Source: Macrostomum hystrix (lineage: Eukaryota; Animalia; Platyhelminthes). Taken from it: 64,000 bases of DNA. The notes under the pieces are model-generated. The model worked only from the letters and a program-made list of their open reading frames with translations. It did not search any database and had not been told where the DNA came from. The position numbers were made by a program, and so were the translations under genes. The first letter of the stretch is position 1. Every line of letters starts with the position of its first letter. Below are positions 22,401 to 34,639 of this stretch, piece by piece. The stretch spans positions 1,240,001 to 1,304,000 of the forward strand of contig CATNEN010000007.1 in the NCBI GenBank assembly GCA_950097015.1, in the 5' to 3' direction.

Positions 22401-23236
22401 TAGACCACGCTAATTCCCCTCTGGGGGATAGACCACGCTAATTCCCCCCTGGGGGATAGACCACACTAATTCCCCCCTGGGGGATAGACCACGCTAATTC
22501 ACCCCTGGGGGATAGACCACGCTAATTCCCCCCTGGGGGATAGACCACACTAATTCCCCCCTGGGGGATAGACCACGCTAATTCCCTCTGGGGGAAAGAC
22601 CACGCTAATTCCCCTCTGGGGGATAGACCACGCTAATTCCCTCTGGGGGATAGACCACGCTAATTCCCTCTGGGGGAAAGACCACGCTAATTCCCTCTGG
22701 GGGATAGACCACGCTAATTCCCCCCTGGGGGATAGACCACGCTAATTCCCCTCTGGGGGATAGACCACGCTAATTCCCTCTGGGGGATAGACCACGCTAA
22801 TTCCCTCTGGGGGAAAGACCACGCTAATTCCCTCTGGGGGATAGACCACGCTAATTCCCTCTGGGGGATAGACCACGCTAATTCCCCCCTGGGGGATAGA
22901 CCACGCTAATTCCCCCCTGGGGGATAGACCACACTAATTCCCCCCTGGGGGATAGACCACGCTAATTCCCTCTGGGGGAAAGACCACGCTAATTCCCCTC
23001 TGGGGGATAGACCACGCTAATTCCCTCTGGGGGATAGACCACGCTAATTCCCTCTGGGGGAAAGACCACGCTAATTCCCTCTGGGGGATAGACCACGCTA
23101 ATTCCCCCCTGGGGGATAGACCACGCTAATTCCCCTCTGGGGGATAGACCACGCTAATTCCCTCTGGGGGATAGACCACGCTAATTCCCTCTGGGGGAAA
23201 GACCACGCTAATTCCCTCTGGGGGATAGACCACGCT
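19418..23236. repeat. 3.8-kb ~28-bp minisatellite with two sequence domains
   Basis: Unit AGACCACGCTAATTC(C)n-CTGTGGGAA(A) in the left part and AGACCACGCTAATTCCC(C)TCTGGGGGA(T/A) from about 20880 onward; roughly 135 copies. Confidence 0.98.
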
Positions 23237-24225
23237 CAAATTAAACTCAAATTATGTCAGTTAACTTTATTAACGTTTGTTAACTTACGTTAAAATTAGG
23301 TTAAAATCCGTTTAATTTGCATAAGCTTGAATAGCACACGGTTACAAAAGATCCGCGAGTTATCGCCTCAAGTGAATAAAGGAAAATTAGGTTTAAGAAA
23401 TGCACGCGGAAACACAAAACAAGGAGAAGTGCAAGGGGGGCTTCGACTTTCAGCAGTAGTAAGAAAATGAAGCGCTTGCTTCAAGAGCGGAGGGCGGGCT
23501 AATACTGATAGATAAAGTCTATTTTTACAGTTTCAGAAGTGCCTCGTTGCTCGTTCGTTGCTGTTGGGCTAAAGCAGTGAAGGTCAGATACTTCATTCAT
23601 TTCTTCATTTACGTCAGTGAAAATATAATAAAAAAAGCTTTGTTTATCGATGGGATAAAACAGTATATAGGTGAGAAAAAAGCAACTTCGCAACATAGAG
23701 CAGAATGACAAGCAAATCTGAGAGTGGGAGATAGTGAGTTAGTGAAAGGCTAATGCTATAAAAAATGTCGACGACTAGAACAAGGCTTCCATATTAAAGC
23801 ATTAGTGAAGTGCAAGCAACATAAAGTACATAATAAAATATTAAAATACTAAAAAACTGAATACACGGAAAGAGTCAGGGTCCGTTAGTTAAAAAGCACG
23901 TGACTAATATTTTGGTCAATCACTGTAAGTAAGGAAACGGACAATATAAACTGGATTTTGTAAGACTAGGAAATTAGTCGTACAAGAATTATGCAGCAAA
24001 ATTTAGAAACACATTACTTACCTTCCTAATAATAGCAAGGTACTATTGATTAATAAAATTTTAGTAAAGTTACAAAACAAAATAAAAATATAATCTTGAC
24101 ATCAGTGCTCTGTCTGATTTCAGGCGTAATAGTGGGTGATGCCCGAGGTCCTGAAGGTTCAGGGGTGGGTAATTCCTGAGGCCCAGAAGGTTCAGGGGTT
24201 GGTGATGCCGCAGGCCCGGAAGAAT

Positions 24226-24490
24226 CAGGGGTGACGTCTGATGACCTGAAGGATCAGGGGTGACGTCTGATGACCTGAAGGATCAGGGGTGACGTCTGAT
24301 GACCTGAAGGATCAGGGGTGACGTCTGATGACCTGAAGGATCAGGGGTGACGTCTGATGACCTGAAGGATCAGGGGTGACGTCTGATGACCTGAAGGATC
24401 AGGGGTGACGTCTGATGACCTGAAGGATCAGGGGTGACGTCTGATGACCTGAAGGATCAGGGGTGACGTCTGATGACCTGAAGGATCAGG
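24226..24490. repeat. 29-bp minisatellite, about 9 copies, with degenerate flanking copies
   Basis: Unit GGATCAGGGGTGACGTCTGATGACCTGAA. Confidence 0.95.
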
Positions 24491-24647
24491 AGTTTGTGAT
24501 GCTTGAGGCCCTGAAGGACCAACTTTGGGTATGATTGATGTCCTGAAGGTTCAGGAGTGCGTAATGCCAGATGCCTTGTAGGATCAGGGGTGGACCAAGG
24601 GCGGCGGGCAGTGTGCTCAGGCCAGCTCCGTGTGAGTCTAGTTTCCA

Positions 24648-24947
24648 TCAGGCATTGTTAACCAGATAAGCGCCGCTGTTGGGCCGGCTTCCAGTGCTGA
24701 CTGTGGCGGTCTCCTCCTGCTCCTGAATGGGGTCCAGGAAGGCGCACGCGGTCGCGTGATAGAAGCCGCCCAGGTGGCCGCAGGCGCCAGGAAGCAGCAG
24801 AGAGTCCGAGGCCGCGGTGCAGTCATCGGAGTCGAGCTCGGACAGGTGCGGGTCAATGCCGGCGTAGATTGGCCGGTAGAGCGACCTGGTTGGGGAGATC
24901 GAGCCCGAGTCGGCCAGGCCGCCCGCTGTCGCCGCCGCCGCTGACAG
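24648..24947 (-). CDS. Probable last exon of the 7TM membrane protein
   Basis: Acceptor cctgcag| at 24948-24949, phase 0. GC3-rich frame LSAAAATAGGLADSGSISPTRSLYRPIYAGIDPHLSELDSDD...NNA-stop; phase-compatible with the donor at 27936. Confidence 0.55.
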   Translation of the reverse strand: MSAAAATAGGLADSGSISPTRSLYRPIYAGIDPHLSELDSDDCTAASDSLLLPGACGHLGGFYHATACAFLDPIQEQEETATVSTGSRPNSGAYLVNNA

Positions 24948-25066
24948 CTGCAGGCCGAAGGTGGGGAGGTGCGTCAGGCGGGGAAGGACACTCGGGATTA
25001 ACCAAAAACTGACAAGACAAAACAGCTGGCGAGTTGCCAAAAATTTATCGAACCCTAATTTAACAG

Positions 25067-25706
25067 GTGACAACCCGTTTCTAACAGGTGACAACTCGTT
25101 TCTAACAGGTGACAACCCGTTTCTAACAGGTGACAACCCGTTTCTAACAGGTGACAACCCGTTTCTAACAGGCGACAACCCGTTTCTAACAGGTGACAAC
25201 CCGTTTCTAACAGGTGACAACCCGTTTCTAACAGGTGACAACTCGTTTCTAACAGGTGACAACCCGTTTCTAACAGGTGACAACTCGTTTCTAACAGGTG
25301 ACAACCCGTTTCTAACAGGTGACAACTCGTTTCTAACAGGTGACAACTCGTGTCTAACAGGTGACAACCCGTTTCTAACAAGTGACAACTCGTGTCTAAC
25401 AGGTGATAACCCGTGTCCAACAGGTGACAACCCGTGTCTAACAGATGACAACCCGTGTCCAACAGGTGACAACCCGTGTCTAAAAGGTGATAACCCGTGT
25501 CCAACAGGTGACAACCCGTGTCCAACAGGTGACAACCCGTGTCTAACAGATGACAACCCGTGTCCAACAGGTGACAACCCGTGTCTAACAGGTGACAACT
25601 CGTGTCTAAAAGGTGATAACCCGTGTCCAACAGGTGACAACCCGTGTCCAACAGGTGACAACCCGTGTCTAACAGGTGTCAACACGTGCCTAACATGTGA
25701 CAACCC
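25067..25706. repeat. 21-bp minisatellite, about 30 copies
   Basis: Unit AACAGGTGACAACCCGT(T/G)TCT, with a variant gradient along the array. Confidence 0.97.
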
Positions 25707-26399
25707 AAAATGACGTCTTTCTAAGATACTTTAAAAAAAACGAGCTTGCAATTTACCAAACAATACGAAACCCTAGAGAGGATAGTACGAGCTAGTAACA
25801 CTTTGCGCAGTAAGACGGCATATAATTGGAATACGGAATAAAACAAAAGCATACTTAATATTTTTGGTATGCAGTGCATAGCTTTGGGCAAAGTGCATTT
25901 ATTTACTCTAAAGTAATTTCTCAATACTGCTAACGGAAATAAAATTGATGTACAGTGTTTCTCTTTTTGAAGTTACAAACATTACCTGCTTAGACTACTA
26001 GACAGTAGTATGTTTAAGAAAGCATTAAATAAAAAAACAGTTCCTGCAGCCCTGAATCCCATGTAAAAACAATGCATTTTTCGCAACATATCGGTCGAAG
26101 GCGGTAAGATCAAAGCGCAGACGGGCGCACGAAGTCGCAAACAGTCTGTCCGGGACCGCCGAAATCCTCGGACCGATGCAGAGCGCCTTTCCACACCACC
26201 TTGAACTCAGCGGAGCCCAGCAAACAAGCTGAGCAGCTCAGGTCATCGCGACTTGGCGATGAAGCATCTGCTGCTGCTGCTGCTGCTGCTGCTGCTAGGC
26301 TGGCATAGCCAGTTCGGGGCCTGAGTGCACGGGGCTAAGGAATTTCAGGGTCAGGTCAGTGCCCACTTGTACGAGGAGACTTTACTGGAACATTTATAT

Positions 26400-27545
26400 A
26401 TTAACCTGAGCAGGTGTGAGAACAGGTGACTGGTTAACCTGAGCAGGTGTGAGAACAGGTGACTGATTAACCTGAGCGGGTGTGAGAACAGGTGACTGAT
26501 TAACCCGAGCAGGTGTGAGAACAGGTGACTGATTAACCCGAGCAGGTGTGAGAACAGGTGACTGATTAACCTGAGCAGGTGTGAGAACAGGTGACTGATT
26601 AACCTGAGCAGGTGTGAGAACAGGTGACTGATTAACCTGAGCAGTTGTGAGAACAGGTGACTGATTAACCTGAGCGGGTGTGAGAACAGGTGACTGATTA
26701 ACCTGAGCAGGTGTGAGAACAGGTGACTGATTAACCCGAGCAGGTGTGAGAATGGGTGACTGATTAACCTGAGCAGGTGTGAGAACAGGTGACTGATTAA
26801 CCCGAGCAGGTGTGAGAACAGGTGACTGATTAACCTGAGCGGGTGTGAGAACAGGTGACTGATTAACCTGAGCAGGTGTGAGAACAGGTGACTGATTAAC
26901 CCCAGCAGGTGTGAGAATGGGTGACTGATTAACCTGAGCAGGTGTGAGAACAGGTGACTGATTAACCCGAGCAGGTGTGAGAACAGGTGACTGATTAACC
27001 TGAGCAGGTGTGAGAACAGGTGACTGATTAACCTGAGCAGGTGTGAGAACAGGTGACTGATTAACCTGAGCAGTTGTGAGAACAGGTGACTGATTAACCT
27101 GAGCGGGTGTGAGAACAGGTGACTGATTAACCTGAGCAGGTGTGAGAACAGGTGACTGATTAACCCGAGCAGGTGTGAGAATGGGTGACTGATTAACCTG
27201 AGCAGGTGTGAGAACAGGTGACTGATTAACCCGAGCAGGTGTGAGAACAGGTGACTGATTAACCTGAGCGGGTGTGAGAACAGGTGACTGATTAACCTGA
27301 GCAGGTGTGAGAACAGGTGACTGATTAACCCAAGCAGGAGTGAGAATGGGTGACTGATTAACCTGAGCAGGTGTGAGAACAGGTGACTGATTAACCCGAG
27401 CAGGTGTGAGAACAGGTGACTGATTAACCTGAGCAGGTGTGAGAACAGGTGACTGATTAACCTGAGCAGGTGTGAGAATCGGTGACTGTTTAACCTGAGC
27501 AGGTGTGAGAATCGGTGACTGATTAACCTGATTAACCTGAACCTG
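26400..27545. repeat. 33-bp minisatellite, about 34 copies
   Basis: Unit TTAACCTGAGCAGGTGTGAGAACAGGTGACTGA. Confidence 0.97.
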
Positions 27546-27936
27546 CAAATATAGAACAAGGTCAAGAATTAAGTAAATTTGGGTGAAAACTCGCAACGAA
27601 AGTGCCAAGTGATTTGTAAATTTCGAAAAAACTATACGGAAGCCGAAAAAAACGATAGAGCTAAAAATACGTTGTTGATAGTAAAGTATCTGAAAATTTT
27701 GTGTGTCTGGCACGCGAGCCGAGGCGCAAGCAAAGTCACACAGACGGAGATCTAGCTCCGTCTGTTTCTGAATTCTTACTGAAAAACCTGCTTTGTTTTA
27801 TAGCATGAAAGGTTGATCTGAATGAAAGTTAAACATTTTAAGGGTGTCTTTGTGAGGCTATTCTCATTGTCGAATGTCTTTGTGAGCGGAGTCAAATTGT
27901 CTGTCATTGCATCACTACATTTCCAGCCAGTCTCAC

Positions 27937-28192
27937 CCGCTCGCATTGTCCCAGCAGCCGCTGCCGCTCCATCTCGTGAATCTTTTTGTACTCCACGGCA
28001 TCCTGATAGAACAGAATGAGCACAGCCAGGGAGGGCAGAATGTGAGCAGTGATTACGACAATGCTGTGCACTGGCAGGTAGACCTTCAGGTCGTGATTGA
28101 ATACGCCGGAGCAGGAGGCGGCGCCGGAGCTGCGAAGGAACAGCCAGTAGGCCAGGTTGATGAGGCTGCCGAAGGCGAACACCAGCACACTG
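27937..28192 (-). CDS. 7TM membrane protein exon (TM6-TM7)
   Basis: Acceptor ccctccgcag| at 28193-28194 (phase 2). SVLVFAFGSLINLAYWLFL...VYLPVHSIVVITAHILPSLAVLILFY...LLGQCER. Donor CGG|gtgaga at 27935-27936 (phase 0). Confidence 0.72.
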
Positions 28193-28314
28193 CTGCGGAG
28201 GGCGGGTGACAAGGGCAGCGAGTGATGTACTTTAGTCACAATGGACTGCGTGCGAGTTTTAACACAATTGGTCACTGAATTACAGTATTGTGCAACTGGT
28301 ACCGAAACTAACTA

Positions 28315-28691
28315 CGGGACAGGTGGGGACAACGGGAACTAGCACTCACTGAAGGATAGGAGGGGACAACGGGAACTAACACCCACTGAATGACTGAATG
28401 AGGACAACGGGAACTAGCACCCACTGAATGACTGAATGGGGACAACGGGAACTAGCACCCACTGAATGACTGAATGAGGACAACGGGAACTAGCACCCAC
28501 TGAATGACTGAATGGGGACAACGGGAACTAACACCCACTGAATGACTGAATGGGGACAACGGGAACTAACACCCACTGAATGACTGAATGAGGACAAGGG
28601 GAACTAACACCCACTGAATGACTGAATGAGGACAAGGGGAACTAACACCCACTGAATGACTGAATGAGGACAAGGGGAACTAGCACCCACT
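28315..28691. repeat. 38-bp minisatellite, about 9-10 copies
   Basis: Unit ACAACGGGAACTA(G/A)CACCCACTGAATGACTGAATG(G/A)GG. Confidence 0.95.
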
Positions 28692-29626
28692 GTTTCCTGA
28701 ACAGTCCCATGCCTTCCGAATTTTAAAAGGCCTTAGCAGTCCAGCAGTAGAGTTCGATGTCAAGGACAAGCGCATGATTTTATCAGATTCGAATCGCAGC
28801 CACAGCCAAACGGGAAAATCTGTTTGCACACGCGGACCAGTGAAGCTACAGCCCGGACTAAAAGCCCGAGCTATCCGAGTCGGGCCTGGAGCACTTTGCC
28901 GTTCGCGGTTCAGCTGACTCACAAAAATTGGGACTAAATATATTATTAATCTGGCAGGCAGAATGTTATCCCTGCAGTTCTGCGCCAAGACACACGCGAG
29001 GATTAAAGCACCTGGGCTGCTGGGACAGCCGATTTCAGTCTTCATCCTAGCATTGTCTGTGTCATTTGCGCACCTGGCGCACGTCATCACTCAAGCAACA
29101 GCAGCAGCAGCAGCAGTGTTCAGACAAGTGCAATCTCAATCCGTATTAATGGGATCTGGGGCAGAAATTCGCTATGTGCCACAATGCAAATCCAATTCTG
29201 TGCACTATTCGTCTTCTACGTGTAGTTTCTTAGCTCATGAATAAATCTCATCAGCGAACAGCAGGAACGTGACTTGATAATAACGCGACCAGCTCTGTGC
29301 TTTTTGCAAATCCAAGTGCAAATCATTTCAAACTATGCTGCGCACTGTAGCATCTTTTTGTGTGTCATGTTGATACCACACACTTTGTCAGGTGATTCCA
29401 ACTTGATCTCTCCTTGTCGACATTGAAAGCTTCTTGTGAATATATTAAGCTTCGATTTATTCTCAGGGTCACTGAACCTGTACAATTAACTCTAGAGAGG
29501 GTCATGGAACTTACCATTTTCCGTTGGGTCATGAAACCCCCAATTTTCTGAGGGCAGTGTCGTAACACCCTGATCTATCTAACTTACGAGCTAGTTAGAT
29601 AGTTAGAAATTTAGATTTTCGAAAGC

Positions 29627-30432
29627 ACTGGAACCTTCCAGTGCTTCCAAATTAGTCATGGAACCCTCCAGTGCTTCCAAGTTAGTCATGGAACCTTCCG
29701 TTGCTTCCAAGTTAGTCATGGAACCTTCCAGTGCTTCCAAGTTAGTCATGGAACCTTCCAGTGCTTCCAATTTAGTCATGGAACTTTCCAGTGCTTCCAA
29801 GTTAGTCATGGAACCTTCCATTGCTTCCAAGTTAGTCATGGAACCTTCCAATGTTTCCAAGTTAGTCATGGAACCTTCCAGTGCTTCCAAGTTAGTCATG
29901 GAACTTTCCATTGCTTCCAAGTTAGTCATGGAACCTTCCAATGTTTCCAAGTTAGTCATGGAACCTTCCATTGCTTCCAAGAATTAGTCATGGAACCTTC
30001 CAGTGCTTCCAAGTTAGTCATGGAACCTTCCAATGTTTCCAAGTTAGTCATGGAACCTTCCAGTGCTTCCAATTTAGTCATGGAACCTTCCAGTGCTTCC
30101 AAGTTAGTCATGGAACCTTCCATTGCTTCCAAGTTAGTCATGGAACCTTCCAATGTTTCCAAGTTAGTCATGGAACCTTCCAATGTTTCCAAGTTAGTCA
30201 TGGAACCTTCCAGTGCTTCCAAGTTAGTCATGGAACTTTCCATTGCTTCCAAGTTAGTCATGGAACCTTCCAATGTTTCCAAGTTAGTCATGGAACCTTC
30301 CATTGCTTCCAAGAATTAGTCATGGAACCTTCCAGTGCTTCCAAGTTAGTCATGGAACCTTCCAATGTTTCCAAGTTAGTCATGGAACCTTCCAATGTTT
30401 CCAAGTTAGTCATGGAACCTTCCAATGTTTCC
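29627..30432. repeat. 30-bp minisatellite with a 332-bp higher-order repeat
   Basis: Unit AAGTTAGTCATGGAACCTTCCAGTGCTTCC; the +2-nt variant AAGAATTAGTC recurs at about 29979 and 30311. Confidence 0.96.
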
Positions 30433-30922
30433 ACGATAGTCGCGGTTAATACGGAAAGCCAAAACGTAAATTTATCTGTTGTCAAGCAGTGTTCAAATCA
30501 AATCCAAAAATAAATGACACGAGAAACATTTGCACTGGTTGGACTAGCCTGCTATGAAGCGAATGCTACGAGTATATATGCTCAGACTCAGGCTGAGTGA
30601 CCAGTTTGCTAGGCAGTAGCCGTCGAGTTTGTTTTCCCAGTCAGGGGGGGGGAATGAGAGAGAATCAATAATACTGGGCCAGAATTTTTATTAGGGAGGC
30701 CTGCGATCCCTTCTGTCGATATTTATCAGACCGTGAAGAACAGAACTTGGTTTCTAGGTCCATACAGCTTGTCAGTCACGTCTGTAGACCACTTCATGTT
30801 GAGAGAATATTCACTCCATTTTTCCTTTAGTACATATGCACTTTAATTACTGGCAGGCTACAGTCAAAGCAGTTAATTTAACACCGAGATTAACGGATTA
30901 GATTAGTAACGAAATAACTTAC

Positions 30923-31064
30923 AGCACAACAGTGCAGCGCAGGTAATTCCTGACAGACGGCTCCGTGTTGATGCGATTCAACCGCTTCAGGTGCTTGTAG
31001 GAGACCGCGGCCAGAGCCGCTAGGGCCAGCCATTCCACGGCTAGAAATGCCACTTGGTAGAAGG
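30923..31064 (-). CDS. 7TM membrane protein exon (TM5); not in the ORF track
   Basis: Acceptor ccttccctatag| at 31065-31066 (phase 1); donor CT|gtaagt at 30921-30922 (phase 2). Reads FYQVAFLAVEWLALAALAAVSYKHLKRLNRINTEPSVRNYLRCTVVL. Phases match both neighbouring exons. Confidence 0.72.
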
Positions 31065-31184
31065 CTATAGGGAAGGTAGAGAGCGGATGTGGTGGGCGAG
31101 CCAGATAATGAGTCTTTCAATTTAGGAGTAGGACATGCTACAAGTGAGAGAGTCATCAGGTCAGAGGAGACAGTATAGGACAGG

Positions 31185-32478
31185 ATAGCAGGAGAGGGAA
31201 AGAGAGTAGGATATGGGAGAGAGTCGGAGATTGGAGAGAGAGTAGGAGATGGGAGAGAGAGTAGGAGATGGGAGAGAGAGTAGGAGATGGGAGAGAGAGT
31301 AGGAGATGGGAGAGAGAGTAGGAGATGGGAGAGAGGAGATGGGAGAGAGAGTAGGAGATGGGAAAGAAAGTAGAAGATGGGAGAGAGTAGGAGATGGGAG
31401 AGACAGTAGGAGATGGGAGAGAGAGTAGGAGATGGGAAAGAAAGTAGAAGATGGGAGAGAGTAGGAGATGGGAGAGACAGTAGGAGATGGGAGAGAGAGT
31501 AGGAGATGGGAGAGAGGAGATGGGAGAGAGAGTAGGAGTTGGGAAAGAAAGTAGAAGATGGGAGAGAGAGTAGGAGATAGGAGAGAGGAGATGGGAAAGA
31601 AAGTAGAAGATGGGAGAGAGAGTAGGAGAGGGGAGAGAGAGTAGGAGATGGGAGAGAGGAGAGGGAGAGAGAGTAGGAGAGGGGAGAGAGGAGAGGGGAG
31701 AGAGGAGATGGGAGAGAGGAGATTGGAGAGAGAGTAGCAGAGGGGAGAGAGAGTAGGAGATGGGAAAGAAAGTAGAAGATGGGAGAGAGAGTAGGAGATA
31801 GGAGAGAGGAGATGGGAAAGAAAGTAGAAGATGGGAGAGAGAGTAGGAGAGGGGAGAGAGAGTAGGAGATGGGAGAGAGGAGAGGGAGAGAGTAGGAGAG
31901 GGGAGAGAGGAGAGGGGAGAGAGGAGAGGGAGAGAGAGTAGGAGAGGGGAGAGAGGAGAGGGGAGAGAGGAGAGGGAGAGAGAGTAGGAGAGGGGAGAGA
32001 GGAGAGGGGAGAGAGGAGATGGGAGAGAGGAGATGGGAGAGAGGAGATTGGAGAGAGAGTAGCAGAGGGGAGAGAGAGTAGGAGATGGGAAAGAAAGTAG
32101 AAGATGGGAGAGAGAGTAGGAGATAGGAGAGAGGAGATGGGAAAGAAAGTAGAAGATGGGAGAGAGAGTAGGAGAGGGGAGAGAGAGTAGGAGATGGGAG
32201 AGAGTAGAGGGAGAGAGAGTAGGAGAGGGGAGAGAGGATAGGGGATAGAGGAGAGGGAGAGAGAGTAGGAGAGGGGAGAGAGGAGAGGGGAGAGAGGAGA
32301 TGGGAGAGAGGAGATGGGAGAGAGGAGATTGGAGAGAGAGTAGCAGAGGGGAGAGAGAGTAGGAGATGGGAGAGACTAAGAGATGGGAGAGAGGGCAGGA
32401 GAGGGGAGAGAGGGCAGGAGATGGGAGAGAGTAGGAGATGGCAGAGAGGGCAGGAGATGGGAGAGAGTAGGAGAGAAG
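31185..32478. repeat. 1.3-kb purine-rich (GA) low-complexity array
   Basis: Built from GGAGAGAGAGTAGGAGATG / GGAGAGG blocks; the plus strand is almost entirely A/G. Confidence 0.96.
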
Positions 32479-33084
32479 AGAAGGAGTCTGAGGTGACAGA
32501 AAGACCACTTGAGTAGAGAAAGCTCGAGATGGGAAAAGGGGCCAGACGGGAGCATCAAAGGAGCAAAGAAGCAGAGATGCTGAGTAAGATTACCCCATAA
32601 ACATATTGACATGTGTGTTACGCCTGAAGGGAGTCGAAATGGTTACATTTGATAACCGGACACATTTTTGCACCTGTCGCATTTTTTAAACACCGAAAGT
32701 ACGGAGACAAGCCAGAACAAGAGCACAAGAAAACAGCAGAGGCGGTGGACTCAACAGTCACATGACAAGCAGTCAGATTCTGATGAGCCTTGAGGGGAGG
32801 GACATTGCGTGCCGCTTTGTTTCTCAGTGCGGCGGAGACAAGAATGTCTGCTAAACAGAAAGTACGTAATTCTGTCAGCTGGCTGTTTTTAAAGCATTAA
32901 AAGGATTTGATTTCTTTGCAAGGCTGAAAGACTGTGAAGGCCTCCAGTACATTGGGGCTATTTTATCGGTTTATCAGCATTTGAACTCAGTTCCCAGCAG
33001 CATTATGATCCACATGCTCCTAAAAAGGAATGAAATCCCACTCCCAATACTTTGAGAATTCATTTCAATAAATTCACAAATCCT

Positions 33085-33585
33085 AGGAGATCCCATCACT
33101 AATATTAGGAGATCCCATCACTAATATTAGGAGATCCCATCACTAATAGTAGGAGATCCCATAACTAATATTAGGAGATCCCATCACTAATAGTAGGAGA
33201 TCCCAACACTAATAGTAGGAGATCCCATCACTAATAGTAGGAGATCCCATCACTAATATTAGGAGATCCCAACACTAATAGTAGGAGATCCCATCACTAA
33301 TAGTAGGAGATCCCATCACTAATATTAGGAGATCCCATCACTAATAGTAGGAGATCCTATCACTAATAGTTAGGAGATCCCATCACTAAAAAATAGTAGG
33401 ATATCCCATCGCTAATAGTAGGAGATCCCAACACTAATAGTAGGAGATCCCATCACAAAAAATAGTAGGATATCCCATCGCTAATACTAGGAGATCCCAT
33501 TATTAATACTAGGAGATCCCATCACTAATACTAGGAGATCCCATCACTAATACTAAAAGATCCCATCACTAATACTAGGAGATTC
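33085..33585. repeat. 22-bp minisatellite
   Basis: Unit TAGGAGATCCCATCACTAATA(G/T), about 22 copies. Confidence 0.95.
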
Positions 33586-34089
33586 TAGGAGTTCCAACTG
33601 GACCTGGTTTAGCACTCTTAATTGCAGCCAGGTGATATTGTCAGCATATCAGATTTCCTATTTCTATCCTCAGTGCAGGCAGTCCTGCAGCTCTAACTCT
33701 TGGGTCTCCGGGCCCAGAGGCTGGTTATAAAATGCCAGAATCGATGAAAAGTTCATGAAAGGAAGAAAATTAGTGTGAAAAAAAGCTTGTCTTTGACTGC
33801 AGCTAAAAGCAAATCCTTCGTGCTGCAGGGCGTTAGCTTACAGCCGGCATTGCCATTTCATCTCAGCATTCGCGGCGCTAAGGTAGGAAGGTGGATATTT
33901 CAACCGCGTGTCACAAAAACCTGAGATTTTAGAATAGGGAAGTGAGAGACAGCATCATCAGGTTTCCTTTGTCCCTCAGTCTGTCTGACTGTGCGACACT
34001 GCCCCTGCCCTCCTCCCCTATTTGCTGTCCAAATCCTTTTACACTTTTCTATATGGTAAAATTCTACCAAAGTTGGGTTAATGGCGGGA

Positions 34090-34277
34090 AATAATAATAG
34101 TAACAATAATTGCAGGAGGGCTGCGGGCCGTGGCACATCGTTCGGTGAAACTAGACCCGCAGCCAGCGAGGAGGCAATTCTGCCCATTCCGCTGACTCCT
34201 GACCACACACGCACTCCGCGGCTGCGCCTCAAATGAAGATGGCCTCGCCGCGGAATCGAGCTCAGGGACCCTGGTGC
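34090..34277 (-). mobile_element. Internally deleted SINE family A copy (B-box head fragment joined to a complete tail)
   Basis: GGCCTCGCCGCGGAATCGAGCTCAGGGACC head as at 13927 and 42064; tail with the conserved hairpin and a TTATT-rich end. Confidence 0.7.
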
Positions 34278-34639
34278 CTCGAGTACTTTAGACCTTGGTA
34301 CCGAGAGACCTCGGTAAATGGCTGTTGATATTTTATTTCGAACTATACCTTTCTAGGAAAACGGATATTCTTCCTAGAAATGAGACAATGAGGATAATTT
34401 ATTATTAGCTGAAAGAAAGGATTCGGCGAAAAGAACAGAAATAAAGCCGAAAAGAGACTAAGAGTTTGTGTAATCAAATACTTTGCAGCTGCTTTCGGAT
34501 TTGACAGACAGCTTAAAAATGGGCAACTGCAAAAATGCTAAATCAACACATCTGGCAAGCAACTGCTACACCAGTGCCAGTAGCACTTGCACTTCTGCTA
34601 TTTAGTAGAATGTTGTAGGGCCTCTACGGCAATACAGAT

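Noticed and set aside
19418-23236. CRISPR-like appearance of regularly spaced ~28-bp repeats
   Set aside because: The units are head-to-tail with no unique spacers, there are no cas genes, and the context is eukaryotic. The same applies to all other arrays.
24226-24490. CTGATGA followed by a CCTG/CAGG stem, resembling a hammerhead ribozyme core or snoRNA C/D boxes
   Set aside because: The required GAAA after stem II and the cleavage-site helix are absent, and the box spacing is incompatible with a C/D snoRNA.
24648-27713. Long ORFs of 351, 250, 198, 404 and 439 aa over the 21-bp and 33-bp arrays
   Set aside because: Their unit lengths are multiples of 3 without stops, so open frames arise automatically. 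Only the non-repetitive 24648-24947 part looks coding.
33842-33877. 36-nt micro-exon candidate (cttag|...|gtaagc, minus strand) in intron 2 of the 7TM gene
   Set aside because: It is open only in phase 2-2, whereas the surrounding intron is phase 1; in phase 1 it introduces a stop.
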